The translations under genes and the position numbers were made by a program. DNA of 64,000 nt, taken from Camelus ferus (lineage: Eukaryota). Location of the stretch: positions 115,942,001 to 116,006,000 of the forward strand of contig NC_045697.1 in NCBI RefSeq assembly GCF_009834535.1. The letters run 5' to 3'. The notes under the pieces were generated by a model. The model was not told where the DNA came from. It did no database searches and saw only the letters and a list, made by a program, of their open reading frames with translations. Below, piece after piece: positions 51,565 through 64,000 of the stretch. How positions within the stretch are numbered: position 1 is the first letter of the stretch; every line of letters starts with the position of its first letter.

Positions 51565-53399
51565 AAGATTAGGCTCTAAGGAATTCTTCTGGGAAGGAGA
51601 AGCAACACTCCAGAAAAAGGAAAAATTGTTGCACATCTTTGCTTCTTCAGTGACGCCAGTCTCCGGACCAACCCAGATGTTGTTCCTCGAAAGCTGTTCT
51701 GAAAGACCCACCTTCAGGTTCACTGGTTATGTAACCATACTCTTTCGCGGACTGAAAATAGCTCCTTGTTCATTTTATTCTCATCAGGGAGACGGAGAGC
51801 GAAGATTCAGACCATTTGCCGTCATAGCCGCCACTCCACAGGCAGGATGATGGAACGTCGTCATGGGAACACCGCTGTAGCCTTGCCCACCTGTAGAAGC
51901 CGAGGAGGAGGAGGAAGACGGTCTCCGACCAGTCAGTTCTGCCTTTCAGATCTCACGCATCTGACTCACCTCCAGGATGCTAGCTGCATCGTTGTTTAGA
52001 GAATGCACGTTTCAGCTTTCGGGTATCCAGCTGGCAGGAGCACCACAGGACATGTGAACAAGCTGCCCTGTGGTATCCAACTTCACACAGCCTGTAAGCG
52101 GCGGGACCAGCATTAAAAACCAGTGTGGATTCTCAGCCCCTTTCTTTCTCCATAATCTTATATTGGCCTCAAATGATGATCTCAGAATAAGATGACTGAA
52201 TTCATGATGAGGGTTTTGATAGGCGGAAATGAGGAGGTCTTAACTGGGTTCTCCAGAAAGCAGAGCCCGAGGCAGAGAAGTCGTTGTGCACCGTCACTGC
52301 TGGATTCAGGAGCAGAAGTGAGGGGCAAAAGTGGGGATGCAGGGAAGGGAGGAGAGCCAGTGTGAGAAGAGGGCTGAGCAGGTCACTGCTCAGTGCAACT
52401 CACTGCTGCAGCCCTCGAGCAGAATGCATCTGAGGTCGGTAGCTCATTTTGTGGAACTGGAAAGCGGGTTCTGGTCTCCCCCTTGGTCAAAGATTCACCC
52501 GCAGGATGTGAATTCCACCACCGCTACCCTGCTGCGTGGTAGGAAAGTGCAGGGACTGACAAGGTTGCTTGGGGTTCAGTTTCAGTGGACCTTGAATGGT
52601 GGCTCATGTGTTTGGGGCTTGACTCTGTAAGCACTGGAGAACCACCAGGATATTTTGGAAAGGAAAGCTGTGTGGTCGGGGGAGGGGCTTCTCCCTTCCC
52701 TAGTTGTATGATTTTCTTATGAAATCTGCATTATCCGCTCAAGGGAATATTTGTGGAAATTCTCAAGCCAGTCCTTGACAATCGTAGTAGCTGAGCAAAT
52801 CCGTATCTCAAGAGCACTGCACTTCACCCATGACTCCGTTAGCCTCTCTGCATCCCCGGGGTATAAGCATTTCCGTTTCTAGAAGATGCAGCATCAAACA
52901 GAACTAATGGAAGATAGGCAGTTTGGAGTGTTGGAAGCTTAAACAAGGCCAGTGTGTGAGTCTGGACTGGGAAGTTTTGTTCAAATTGAGTTAACTCTCG
53001 GTTCTCTGGGGAGGGGTTGGGGGAGTTACTGCTTCCAGGAAAAAAACAGGGGGGTAACATTTTGGTCTCCATTGCAGACTGGGGATTACGCATTTGGAGG
53101 GTCTGACTTCCCTCCCGCCTTCTAATCTGCACAGGTCCCCGGGGAGGGGTCAGTCCGGCATCGCTGAGCCAGTCATCCAGGGGGCTAGGGCAGACTTGCT
53201 TCTGCCTGCTGGCCTTTTAACTACCTTCAGGACAGAACAACATCAGGGTAGGTAATACATACTTTTCATCCGTATAGCAGTTTATAACACAAACCACTTG
53301 TCCAAATATTTACACATTTACTCTCTGCAACTTTCTCCACCGTTCTGATTTCCTCGCCTTAGATTTCTGCTTACTGTCAACGAGAACAGAGTACCTCAG

Positions 53400-53545
53400 T
53401 TTGGCTCTGTGACTTAAGTGGGAAAAAAAAAACTGGAAAAGTCAACAGTCCTAGAAAATCATAGTCCTCACCTCAGGTTGTTGAGAAGATTTAATGAGAT
53501 AATATATAAAAAGCGCTCAGCATAGTACCTGGCACTATTTGCTAC
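53400..53545 (+). mobile_element. MIR fragment
   Basis: 'ggttgttgagaagatttaatgagataatatataaaaagcgctcagcatagtacctggcac'. Confidence 0.75.
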
Positions 53546-53699
53546 TATTTTTATTATCTTCACCGTTGCTGGTTTTGGAGAGTATCTTTAACTTTAGTCA
53601 TAGTCGTGCTAGTAAGAGCATCTTTATCACCATCATTGGTCCCATTATGAACCCTCTAGAACTAACCCCAAATGTTAGGAGCTAATAAAAAAGTGGTCC

Positions 53700-53814
53700 A
53701 ATCACCTCCCAAAGGCCCCTCCTCCTAACACCATCACACTGGCGTTAAACATCAATGTGTGAATTTGGGGGTGGGGAGGGGGGAGAGGAGGGCACAAACA
53801 TTCAGGCCATAGCA
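53700..53814 (-). mobile_element. MLT1 LTR fragment
   Basis: 'atcacctcccaaaggccc...aacattcaggccatagca'. Confidence 0.75.
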
Positions 53815-53984
53815 GGGGAAATATACCCTGTAGCTGCCTTTCCCCAGCAGAGGAGGGGGATAAAGTCACCACCTCCAGGACTCGGGGATCAGTCATTCCA
53901 GATAATGGCTCAGGGATCTCTTCCTAGTAACTGGAATTCTCAGCTTCGCTCTGTGCTGTTGGTTACTTAACGATTAACAGGATA

Positions 53985-54190
53985 GGCTTTAGGACCAGAC
54001 GTCTGAGATTCAAATCCTGCTCTACCTTGGACAATTGACTTAACCTCTCAGTGCCTCAGTTTTATCTTTAAAATGAGGAGGTTAATGGTGTCTCCCTCGT
54101 GGATTGTTATAAGAATGAAATGAGTTGATAAACGTAAACATGCTTAGGAAAAGGCCTGCACAGAGCCAATGCAATGTAAATGTTAGCTAA
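53985..54190 (+). mobile_element. MIR SINE
   Basis: 'ttcaaatcctgctctacc...acttaacctctcagtgcctcagttt...aaaatgagg'. Confidence 0.85.
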
Positions 54191-54808
54191 TATTGCCTAA
54201 TATTGCTTTTTTTGGTTCCTTTTGCCTGCGGGCTTATCCAGTGTCCTCTCTCACTTCTGAACCTCACACAAACACACACACAAGGTCCCAGTGTCTGGGC
54301 CCCAGACCTGCTGATGGTTCCAGTTGTAGTGTTTTATACTAGTACCAGGACACTTCGTTGTTATTGTGGAAATTCAGCTGCAAGTGGCATAATGAGGTTG
54401 CACAAGAGGCAGGGGTGAGGTTTATCCAGATGAGCGGTAAGAGTTCTGATACTAAAATAGCATTGAATTGCACCTGCTTAACACTCCCCCAAACTTAAAT
54501 CGAGATTGAGACCTTGATTGGGAGAAACAGGACGTGAAGTCAACGAGCCCACCCTCAGTGAGCCGAGGGGATTCGGAGGCAGATGACGGGTCTCAGTTTG
54601 ACAAAACAGCAGTCCTCCAAAGCGGATCTCAGACCCACTTGCCCTTCTGTGAAGGGGAAAGCCTGTCCAGTGAATTCTCTCCTTTACTTGTACTCATGTA
54701 TGCACCCTTGCTATTTTCAGAAGATGTGAAAAAAATCAGACAAAGACTATCAAAAGACAGTTTACAGAAAGGAACTACAAATGGCCTTTAAACTTATGAA
54801 AAAATGCT

Positions 54809-55371
54809 TGTGAGAGCCAGGATTCTAAAATGACCCTACACTCCTGCTCTCTGGTGAAGCCCGCCTTCCTCATCGCCTCCTCCTGAGTGCGAGTGGGAGC
54901 TATGAATTTGAGGGGAGAGACATCCCCTTGAGTAAGTTACACTATAAAGTAGAGATGATGGATCGTCACTCCCTTGACGGCAAGAGGTGATGTCAGACTC
55001 TGTCTCAGCAGACCGAGTCTCCCGCTGACTGTAAGTAAGCTGCCGCGTACGGGCCACGTGGCACAGAACAGCAGCAGCGTCGATGACCCGAGAGACTCCC
55101 AGCTGGAAGACAGCAAGAAAATGGTGACCTCAGTCCTACAACTGCAAGGAACTGAATTCTGCAACCTACTCACGGAGCCCGGAAGCCAAGCCTTCCCAGC
55201 TGAACATCCACCTGGGAACGCAGCCCAGTCACCACTTCAATGGTGAGACTCTGGGCAGAGTACCTGTGCCCAGACTCCTGATCCGTGGAAACTGAGATAG
55301 CAGACGTCTGTGTTGTTAAAACCACGACATCTGTGGTAATTTGTTATTCAACAGCAGAAGCTAATAAAACA
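54809..55371 (+). mobile_element. MLT1 solo LTR (MLT1E/F-like)
   Basis: 'tgtgagagccaggattctaaaatgaccc...ccacgtggca...aactgcaaggaactgaattctgcaac...ggtaatttgtta'. Confidence 0.85.
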
Positions 55372-55662
55372 TTCCAGCTCACTCAGAAAAAGTGCACATT
55401 AAAAGCTCTGTCAAGATATTACTTACTCACTTGGCACTTTGGCAAAGGAGAGAACTGAAAGTGATGCTGTGTGAGCAAGGGTATGGGAAACAGCTGTTCG
55501 CAGAAATTACTAGCGGCAGTTAAATTAGGGAAATTTCTGTGGACAGTGATTTTTTAAGTATCTGGCAAGATTTAAAAAGACATCCCTCTCGTCCTTCAAG
55601 TCGACTTGTAATTTATCATAGGACACATTCACAAACTTGGGGAAAGGTCAAGATACAGGCTT

Positions 55663-57125
55663 TTTAAAAAAAAACAGACATATAGACCAATGGAACAGAA
55701 TAGAGAGCCCAGAAATGAACCCGCAAACTTTTGGTCAACTCATCTTTGACAAAGGAGGCAAGAATATACAATGGAATAAAGACAGTCTCTTCAGCAAATG
55801 GTGTTGGGAAAACTGGACAGCAGCATGTAAAGCAATGAAGCTAGAACACTCCCTTACACCATATACAAAAATCACTTCAAAATGGATCAAAGACTTAAAC
55901 ATAAGACAAGATACAATAAACCTCCTAGAAGAAAATATAGGCAAAACAGTATCTGACATACATCTCAAAAATGTTCTCCTAGAACAGTCTACTCAAGCAA
56001 TAGAAATAAAAACAAGAATAAACAAATGGGACCTAATGAAACTTACAAGCTTCTGCACAGCAAAGGAAACCAGAAGTAAAACAAAAAGACAACCTACGGA
56101 ACGGGTTTGTTGACAATTTTTGCAAATGAAACTGACAAAGGCTTGATCTCCAGAATATATAAGCAGCTCATATGACTTAATAAGAAACAACCAAACAACC
56201 CAATCCAAAAATGGGCAAAAGACCTAAACAAGCAATTCTCCAAAGAAGACATACAAATGATCAATAAGCACATGAAAAAATGCTCAAAATCACTAATTAT
56301 CAGAGAAATGCAAATCAAAACTATAATGAAGTATCACCTTACGCTGGTTAGAATGGCCATCATTCAAAAATCCACAAATGACAAATGCTGGAGAGGCTGT
56401 GGAGAAAAGGAGACTCCTACACTGCTGGTGGGAATGCAGTTTGGTGCAGCCACTGTGGAAAACAGTATGAAGATTCCTCAAAAGACTAGGCATAGACTTA
56501 CCGTATGACCCAGGAATCCCGCTCCTGGGCATATATCCAGAAGGAACCCTACTTCAGGATGACACCTGCACCCCAGTGTTCACAGCAGCACTATTTACAA
56601 TAGCCAAGACATGGAGACAGCCTAAATGTCCATCAACAGATGACTGGATAAAGAAGGTGTGGTATATTTATACAATGGAATACTATTCAGCCATAAAAAC
56701 CGACAACATAACACCATTTGCAGCAACATGGATGCTCCTGGAGAATGTCATTCTAAGTGAAGTAAGCCAGAAGGAGAAAGAAAAATACCATACGAGATCG
56801 CTTATATGTGGAATCTAAAACAAAAACAAAAAAAAGCATTAATACAAAACAGAAATAGACTCATAGACATAGAATACAAACTTGTGGTTGCCAAGGGAGC
56901 GGAGGGTGGGAAGAGATAGACGGGATTTCAAAATTGTAGAATAGATAAGATTATCCTGTATAGCACAGGGAAATATATACAAGATCTTATGGTAGCTCAC
57001 AGAGAAAAAAATGTGACAATGAATATATATATATGTTCATGTATAACTGAAAAATTGTGCTCTACACTGGAATTTGACACAACATTGTAAAATGATTATA
57101 AATCAATAAAAAATGTTGAAAAAAT
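55663..57125 (+). mobile_element. Young 5'-truncated L1 (~1.5 kb)
   Basis: [27 protein letters not shown]...; broken ORF2 through to 3'UTR and tail. Confidence 0.96.
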
Positions 57126-57265
57126 CTTTTTGTTCTTTTTGGGGGGGTAATTAGGTTTACATATTTATTTGTTTATTATTATTTTTTAATGGAGGGACTG
57201 GGGATTGAACCCAGGACCTCATGCATGCTAAGCAGGCACTCTACCCCTGAGCTATACCCTCCCTC
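57126..57265 (-). mobile_element. tRNA-Ala-derived SINE
   Basis: Reverse-complemented head at 57190-57264. Confidence 0.92.
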
Positions 57266-58265
57266 TGAGATACAGGCTTCTTTATTGCAGCACCATTTGC
57301 AACAGCAGAAGATTAGAATCACCTATGTATTCTTCAGTAAACACCTGGTTAGATAATTTTGGGTACATCCATAAAACGGATACTTTGAAGCCATTAGAAA
57401 GAATGAGAAAGTTCTTTAAGTAAGGGTATTGAAGATACCCAAGATGCATTTTGAAAGAGGAAAAAAAAGCCATGTTTGGTACAGGATGTAAAATAACAAG
57501 CTACCATTTTTGAGGAGGGGGAAACACAGGAGACTATATGTGCTTGCATATGCATAAAATGCTCGTGGAAGGCTTACAGGAAACTGATGGCGTGGGTGGT
57601 CTCCTAGGAAGTGGATGGGGGGAGGGCGTCATCACTGCAGGAGCGGAGTGAAGAATTTTACTGTATGCTTTTTATATTCTCTAGATTTTGAATCGTGTGA
57701 CAGTATGTATGATCTATGAAAATGGAAACAACCTTGGAAAAGCAATATGCAGACTTTCCTTCTGTCCCAGTGACTGTCGACTGGTCCCCTGGAGAAGAAG
57801 ACTAGACTCTTAGCGAGGCCAGCCATCCCAAGGGAACGCAGTCCACTAATAGTTAACCACACAAAGCCTTTGTTAATGAATCCAGTCGGTTTTTCTTCTA
57901 AATATTAAATATTTAAAAACTGTAAGCAAATGATGCATTAAAATGGATAAGGAAATGGGCAGCTTTTCAAATACCAGCCACAGTGAATGATGAAAGCTCT
58001 TCTACATCTCCTGAGGCAGACGAGGGCACCCTGAGGCTGATTTGTACCACTACCAGAGGCACAAGCCTCCTGAGTGTTTCCCTAATGAATAGTAGGTACA
58101 ATGTCCTGGTGGAGTCTGTGCCCTAAAGGGAGGTCCAGGTGTGTGTTTGTTCTTGAAAATACAAAGATGGAGAATTCATAAAGCTTTACTGAATCAGTTT
58201 TCAGAGACAGGACCATCCATTGGGTTGTACAGAGTGAGAGAAAGCTTATTAGAAATTTAGAGAAT

Positions 58266-58408
58266 GTGTGGGAGGGTATAGCTCAGAGGTAGAGAGCATG
58301 CTTATCATGCACGAGGTCCTGGGTTCAATCCCCAGTACCTCCATTTAAAAAAAAGAAAAGAAAAAGAATTAAAAATAAATAAAATAGAAAGAAAATTTTA
58401 AAAAAAAA
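58266..58408 (+). mobile_element. tRNA-Ala-derived SINE
   Basis: Perfect 15-bp TSD agaaatttagagaat at 58251-58265 and 58409-58423. Confidence 0.93.
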
Positions 58409-58603
58409 AGAAATTTAGAGAATAAATCAAATGTTGTTTGTTAAATGCAGGAAACAGAGCCTGAGGCACCTCGGTGACTCACTCCAAGGTGAAGATCAAG
58501 ATGTCAACACAGGATTTTCCATGGAAGTGCGCACCTTACATTGCAGTGTTTACCCAAGTCAAGGGTGTGATATGACAGGCCTGGGGGGCTTGCTCTGCAT
58601 ATG

Positions 58604-58634
<31 letters not shown>

Positions 58635-58809
58635 ATGAAACAGAGAGGTCAGCAAACTATAATTCTATCCCAATGGAGAGGAGTTGATAGTACTTGGAAT
58701 GATCAGATCTTTAAGACAGCAGTCACGCCATAGCCACACGAGACCTGAAACCTGAAATACAACACAGAATAAATAATTAGATATATATGTTATTACTTTA
58801 ATATGAAAA

Positions 58810-59480
58810 TAGATGTCTTTGTACAAATGGCCAATATGCATAGGAAAAAAATACTCAATATCGCTAATTACCAGAAAAATGCAAATCAAAACTAGACTGA
58901 CGTATCACTGCACACCAGTCAGAATGGCCATCATTCAAAAAAGTCCACAAGAGATAAATGCTGGAGAGGGTGTGGAGAAAAGGGAACTCTCCTACACTGT
59001 TGGTGGGAATGCAGTTTGGTGCAGCCATTGTGGAAAACAGTATGGAGATTCCTTTAAAAGCTGAAAATAGACTTACTCTAGATCCAGCAATCCCACTACT
59101 GGGCATATATCCAGAGAGAACTCTCATTCGAAAATACACATGCACACCAAGGTTCTAGCAGCACTATTTACAATAGCCAAGACATGGAAACAACCTAAAT
59201 GTCCATCAACAGATGACTGGGTAAAGAAGTTGCATATTTATACAATGGAATACTACTCAGCCATAAACAAGAATAAAATAATGCCATTTGCAGTAACATG
59301 GATGGACCAGGAGATTGTCATACTAAGTGAAGTAAGCCAGACAAAGAAATAAAAATACCATACGATATCACTCATATGTGAAATCTAAAAAAGGAAAAAA
59401 GAAGACACTAACGAACTCATCTATAAAACAGAAACACACTCACAGACATAGAAAACAAACTTATGCCTACAGGGTGGGGA
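58810..59480 (+). mobile_element. L1 ORF2 end, truncated at both ends
   Basis: [20 protein letters not shown]; stops in the early 3'UTR with no polyA. Confidence 0.92.
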
Positions 59481-59767
59481 ATGTATGCTATACAGTCTGT
59501 GTAGATGTTTTACCTCCTTAATTTGGTTTTACGTATCCTCTCTGTCATCAAAGTGACACAGTTATTCTTTTTTCAGTGATGTCTGAGCTATGCTGGCATT
59601 GGTCATTGTAATCGTTCTCGTTTTCACGAACTGAATCCCTAGAAAACACAATCACAATGTTCACGATTTTAAAAATTAAACTTGCTCAGTCTCCATACGA
59701 AGCACAGTTAATTCAAAATTGAAGATGGACTTAACGTGCACAATTACAACACACTTAAGGTGCACAC

Positions 59768-60155
59768 TGTCAAAAAGAAACCAAGCCAGACACAAGTGAA
59801 AGGTAAGACAGATTGTATTCAGTAATCCTACAATAGGGGAGAGAACTCAGTCTCAGTCAAGCTCAGCGCTGCTGAAATGAAGGACAGGAGGCTTCTGAAA
59901 TGCTGGGATATGCTAAAGGAAGAACTGTGAAGGTTTGTAAGGGGGCAGTCGATGTGATTAGCCATCTGTCTGTTTATCAAAGTTAGGCACCTACCCTCCG
60001 CAGAGACTGGGAGGCACAGGTTCCTTGGATTGTAAAAGATATAGGAAAGGAAAAGAATTTACAATTGCAAGTTTTCTTTCTTCCTTCCTTCCTTCCTTCC
60101 TTCCTTCCTTCCTTCCTTCCTTCCTTCCTTCCTTCCTTCCTTCCTTCCTTCCTTC

Positions 60156-60230
<75 letters not shown>

Positions 60231-60566
60231 TTCTTCCTTTCTTCCTTTTTTTTTAAGGAAATGTTTCTAAAGGAGGTCCAGGGTCTGTAGGAGGCACTGG
60301 CTGGAACAGACAGTCAATTCTCTTGGCAGTGCTGAGCTTTCTAAGACAGATTTTTAAGGCAGCTGGAGGCATCATCATGTTAGGGATGTGACCTCAAGCT
60401 GCTAGAAACGAGACTTGTGTCTGTCCAAATCTCTTAGTGGGGGGAGTGGGTGAAATCACTTGTGCTGAGAGTTGGTGGTTCTCTTGTGCCAAGGTTGAGG
60501 GCTGAGCCCTAGAAGAGGGCTCAGAGGAGCCAAGTGAAAACTTGGTCACGGAGAGAGTCTATGTCG
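59768..60566 (-). mobile_element. Old ERV1/MER-type solo LTR
   Basis: 'tgtcaaaaagaaaccaagccagac...cagattgtattcag...gagagtctatgtcg'; flanks acac/gcac. Confidence 0.65.
60072..60254. repeat. (CCTT)n(CTTT)n compound microsatellite
   Basis: About 180 bp of pure pyrimidine, inside the LTR. Confidence 0.98.
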
Positions 60567-60896
60567 GCACTTAGATTTGCATCACCTGCGATGACACAAT
60601 TATGAAGGCTGCGTTGTGCACTACAAATCATGACTAAGACAGAAGTTATGGGATAATCTCTGCTATGTCTGCTTAACACTGAAATTATGTTGTTTTCAGT
60701 CCCTATTTGGGGGGAGGGGTTGTGCCTGCAAACCCACGTGGGTTTTGTGCTTTTTTCTCAACATGCCACACCCACTGCAGAAAGCCAGGACTTTTGCATC
60801 CCAGGGAGGGGTTTCTGGGAATCGGAGTGGCCAGGCTACAGCCAGAACCATCCCAGTTTACCTGGGATGGTTAGTTACCCTCAGAACTCCCCCTTT

Positions 60897-61010
60897 CGGG
60901 GAGACTGCCAAGATGGCAGAATAGAAGGACCAGTAGCTCACCCTCTCCAACGAATGCACCAAAAACTACATCTACCTATGAAACTATCCGCACAGAACTC
61001 CAACTTTCAT
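60897..61010 (+). mobile_element. Isolated L1 5'UTR start
   Basis: 'ccaagatggcagaatagaaggac...gctcaccctctccaacgaatgcaccaaaaactaca' resembles the L1 5' terminus, with YY1 core CAAGATGGC. Confidence 0.6.
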
Positions 61011-63129
61011 CACGAGTCAAGAGGAACTGGTGTCAGTTGGGATCCTTGGTGATCCAGCATCTGCCGTGGAAAGTACACAGATTAACAGAGTGAGGAGGAG
61101 GGGCTGGTGCCCTCCGAGAAGACATCCAGGCAGAGAACAGGAAGTCATTCACCAGGAAGCGCCTGGCGGGAGCAGAGACATCAGCCGGGTCCTGGGAACT
61201 GCCGGGGACAAATCCCAAGAGACAGAGTTGAGGAGGGACCAGGAGAAAAAGAACAAGCATTGAACTTGGGCCAAAGCCAGAGGAAACCAGCACCAGATCA
61301 GAGTCTAGACCTTTCCCCTCGCCCCGTCTCCCGACCATGTCCCTTTCCCACAACAAGGAGGACTCGTTTAATGTCATTAGAATTGATACTTTACTGCAAC
61401 AGGGCATTTTAATTACTGACTGGCGAGCGTTTCCTTCCTGGAGTGTGAGCAGAGAAGTTGTGAGACTTGCCCTAAGTTTCTTTCAGTCCTACTTCCATGG
61501 ACTAAATTCCCACTAACAATGAAAAACCAAAACAAATTTGCTTTTTAATTTCCCTAAGAAGGCTGCAGAAATGACAGAGAAAGGATGACTTGTAAAAGGG
61601 AGAGGACAAGTCAGGGGTTATCCCTCTATAACGAAGCCCACGATGACACGTTCGTAATTCATTCAACAATGGTTTGATAAATGCCAGCAGTCTAAGTCAA
61701 GCACACTCAGACAACAGCCGGGAGTATAAAGATGAAAAACACCGCTCTCGAGGACCTTAAGGGTAGGTGGGCGACATGCACATACCATAATCCTTTCTAG
61801 CAGTGGTTCTGGGAGGGCTGGTTTCACACCATCTGTCCACAGGTTTAAATTCCTCATCACTCATGTTGTCCAACCCCGATCCCTGCTTCTCAGGAGGGCA
61901 AGGCTGAGCAGAAGTGCAGGGAGATTGGTCTATACTTAACTCTCTCCATACGCGAACAAGCCCAGAAAGCATGCCCTCGGGCACTACAATACCTCACAAG
62001 GAGGTTAGCATTTGGCCGAGACTTGGCAAGAGCAAAAGAAGAACGCGAGAGCCCAGGACGGTACATTTCAAGCCAGCAGGGGTCAGCCTGGAAAATCTTA
62101 ACTGAAGCACGTTTCGCATAAAACAAAACCTGTGGCTTCAGCTCATCATCAAGCCAACAGCAAGGTTTCCTGATTGATAAAAGAGGATGATTCTAGAGCA
62201 GACTGTTAGACTAATGAAATGGGCTCTTCTTGTATTTTTTATTTTGTTGTGAATTTTTAAAATTTCATTGAGATATAATTGACGTTATAATTTTAAATTT
62301 AAAAAATTCACACAGAAGAGATTCAACTTGTCTGCTTTGAAGAAATATCTTAAAGAATATGAAAGTTTAAAAAAAAACAATGATTTAAAAAGATAGATCC
62401 TCTGTAAAATTCTGGACTAATCCACTTTTAATGCTATTTTAGTTGTTTTCCCTTAAGCTTCTGTATTCGAATAGAATTTAATCTTGCCAAATAAAAAGTT
62501 ACCAGGTACTCTGCTTCTTAGAACCACAAACTACCTACAAGCTAAGAGAAGGTAGCTTGCTATGATATTTCTAACCACAAAATTCCTTGGATTTTCTTGG
62601 CAATTATATTTTCACTCTCTTTGGAAAGAGCCCAGACCAAAAATTCTTAGAGCCAGAATTACCTCATTAATTTAAGATAGCATTTGGGGCATTTGTCTAT
62701 TGCTTTTTCTTTTTTAATAAAATATAAATTATCAGAAACTACTTCCCCGTGTGATGATTTTTTTTTTCGTTTTAGTTTGTGTCAAATACTGGGAGTCACA
62801 TGATGCCTCCAAGTTCATAGTATTGTGTAGTTTTTGAAATAACAAGTCTGATTGAGACTATTTTCTGTCCAGCCAAAAATAGTCCAGCCATGGACCAAGA
62901 TAATCCCTGTTGTTACTAATACTTAATACTCCAGAAAGAGTACTGGACTTTCAAGAATCCTCAAACCTCTTTGGTTTCAAGGCTCTAAAACCAATTCAAC
63001 TTTCTAGTGTGCAAAGAAAAAAGATTCTGAACTCATGAATTATCAGTGCTCAAGGTATAAAATGTCAAAAACAGCTCAGTGCAGTGTATTAACAGGTGTC
63101 ACGCAACTAATCTAAATGATTATATTATT

Positions 63130-63430
63130 TGCTCTCAACGTATTTATTGATCATCTACTGTAAGCAAAGAATTACATGGAAGAGTTTCAATGGAGAGTGA
63201 GATTATGAAAAGGACACAGTCCCAGTTGTTACAGTTCAGTGAGGGAGACAGACAAGCACAAATAATTAGAATAGGAAACACCCACCGTTTGCACTGCAGC
63301 GGAAGAGCTATGAATCTGGAAATTGGAGTAGTCCCAGTTACAGCAGAAACCAGCTGTATAACAGTGACTCTAACTCAGGGATGCTCTGTGACACGGTTCC
63401 CTAAGACATAAAACAGATGTGCTATGGGCT
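63130..63430 (-). mobile_element. L2 3' fragment
   Basis: 'tcaacgtatttattgatcatctactgtaagc...gagggagacagacaag'. Confidence 0.55.
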
Positions 63431-63718
63431 GGTCCAGTGGCCTCCAAATATTTTGAATTGCATACATTCATCAATAAAAATTGTGTAATCATACCTCCAA
63501 TATTTATGTACAATGATGTTCACGTGGTATATTTATTAGCTTGGGAGGCTTTTTAAAAAGTTACCAAAGCCAGGATCCCCACAAAGCTAATTACATCAAA
63601 GTATCTGAGAATCGGGTGTACACAAAGGTATTTTGAATGTAGCCCAAGGCTAGAAGAAGACACAGATGCACAAAGAAAAAATACTAGGATAGACTTTCAA
63701 ATCTGTTATGTGTGCTGT

Positions 63719-64000
63719 TGTAACAGAAAAGGACAACTCTGACTCCATATGAGAACTGTTCCTTTGGCTCTAACCCTGTGCCCTGTTTTCTAGGCTCGGT
63801 CTTGCTGGTTCTATACCTTTTGTGAAAGAATGTTGCCTAGAGCCTGAAATATACAGGAGAGCCCATCCTCAAGGCTCTGACCTTTAAGGATATTAACACT
63901 TTTGCATTCATATAAAGATAACAAGTTGCAGGATAGAAAAATACGTTTGTTTTGTTGGAGGTTTACAGGAGGTTCACACCATGACCTGACCCACGTTGAC
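63719..64000 (+). mobile_element. ERV LTR 5' part, cut by window end
   Basis: 'tgtaacagaaaaggacaactctgactccatat' is a typical LTR start. Confidence 0.7.

Larger units (their letters stand above)
54720..57720 (+). mobile_element. Ancient L1M 3' region hosting nested insertions
   Basis: Collinear degenerate pieces at 54720-54808, 55372-55650 and 57280-57720. Confidence 0.6.

Noticed and set aside
55637..56818. Functional L1 ORF2 coding sequence
   Set aside because: 5'-truncated, with no promoter, ORF1, endonuclease or RT core; split across frames.
60025..60270. PSFL/SFFL repeat ORFs
   Set aside because: Microsatellite translation.
61975..62002. ZNF143-like ACTACA motif
   Set aside because: Only a partial match (actacaatacctca), with no supporting island.

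Overview
Mammalian genomic DNA, not prokaryotic, and most likely camelid (alpaca/llama/camel). The evidence is 12 copies of a tRNA-Ala(AGC)-derived SINE matching the camelid Vic-1 type, plus mutually similar young L1 3' ends. The window is dominated by repeats: 5'-truncated L1s of several ages, solo ERV LTRs with clear TSDs, MaLR/MLT elements, MIR, L2, MER DNA transposons and microsatellites. I recognise no intact protein-coding gene; the protein-like ORFs I can identify in the track are broken L1 ORF1/ORF2 fragments. The main non-repeat features are a CpG-rich promoter-like island at about 35.0-35.7 kb (L1 orientation tends to flip around it, hinting at divergent transcription), a strong CTCF motif at 37.4 kb, several enhancer-like unique blocks and a few candidate exons. 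I found no convincing new biological system. The findings are retrotransposition oddities and regulatory hypotheses. Family names come from recalled consensus resemblance rather than a database search, and the boundaries of old repeats are approximate.
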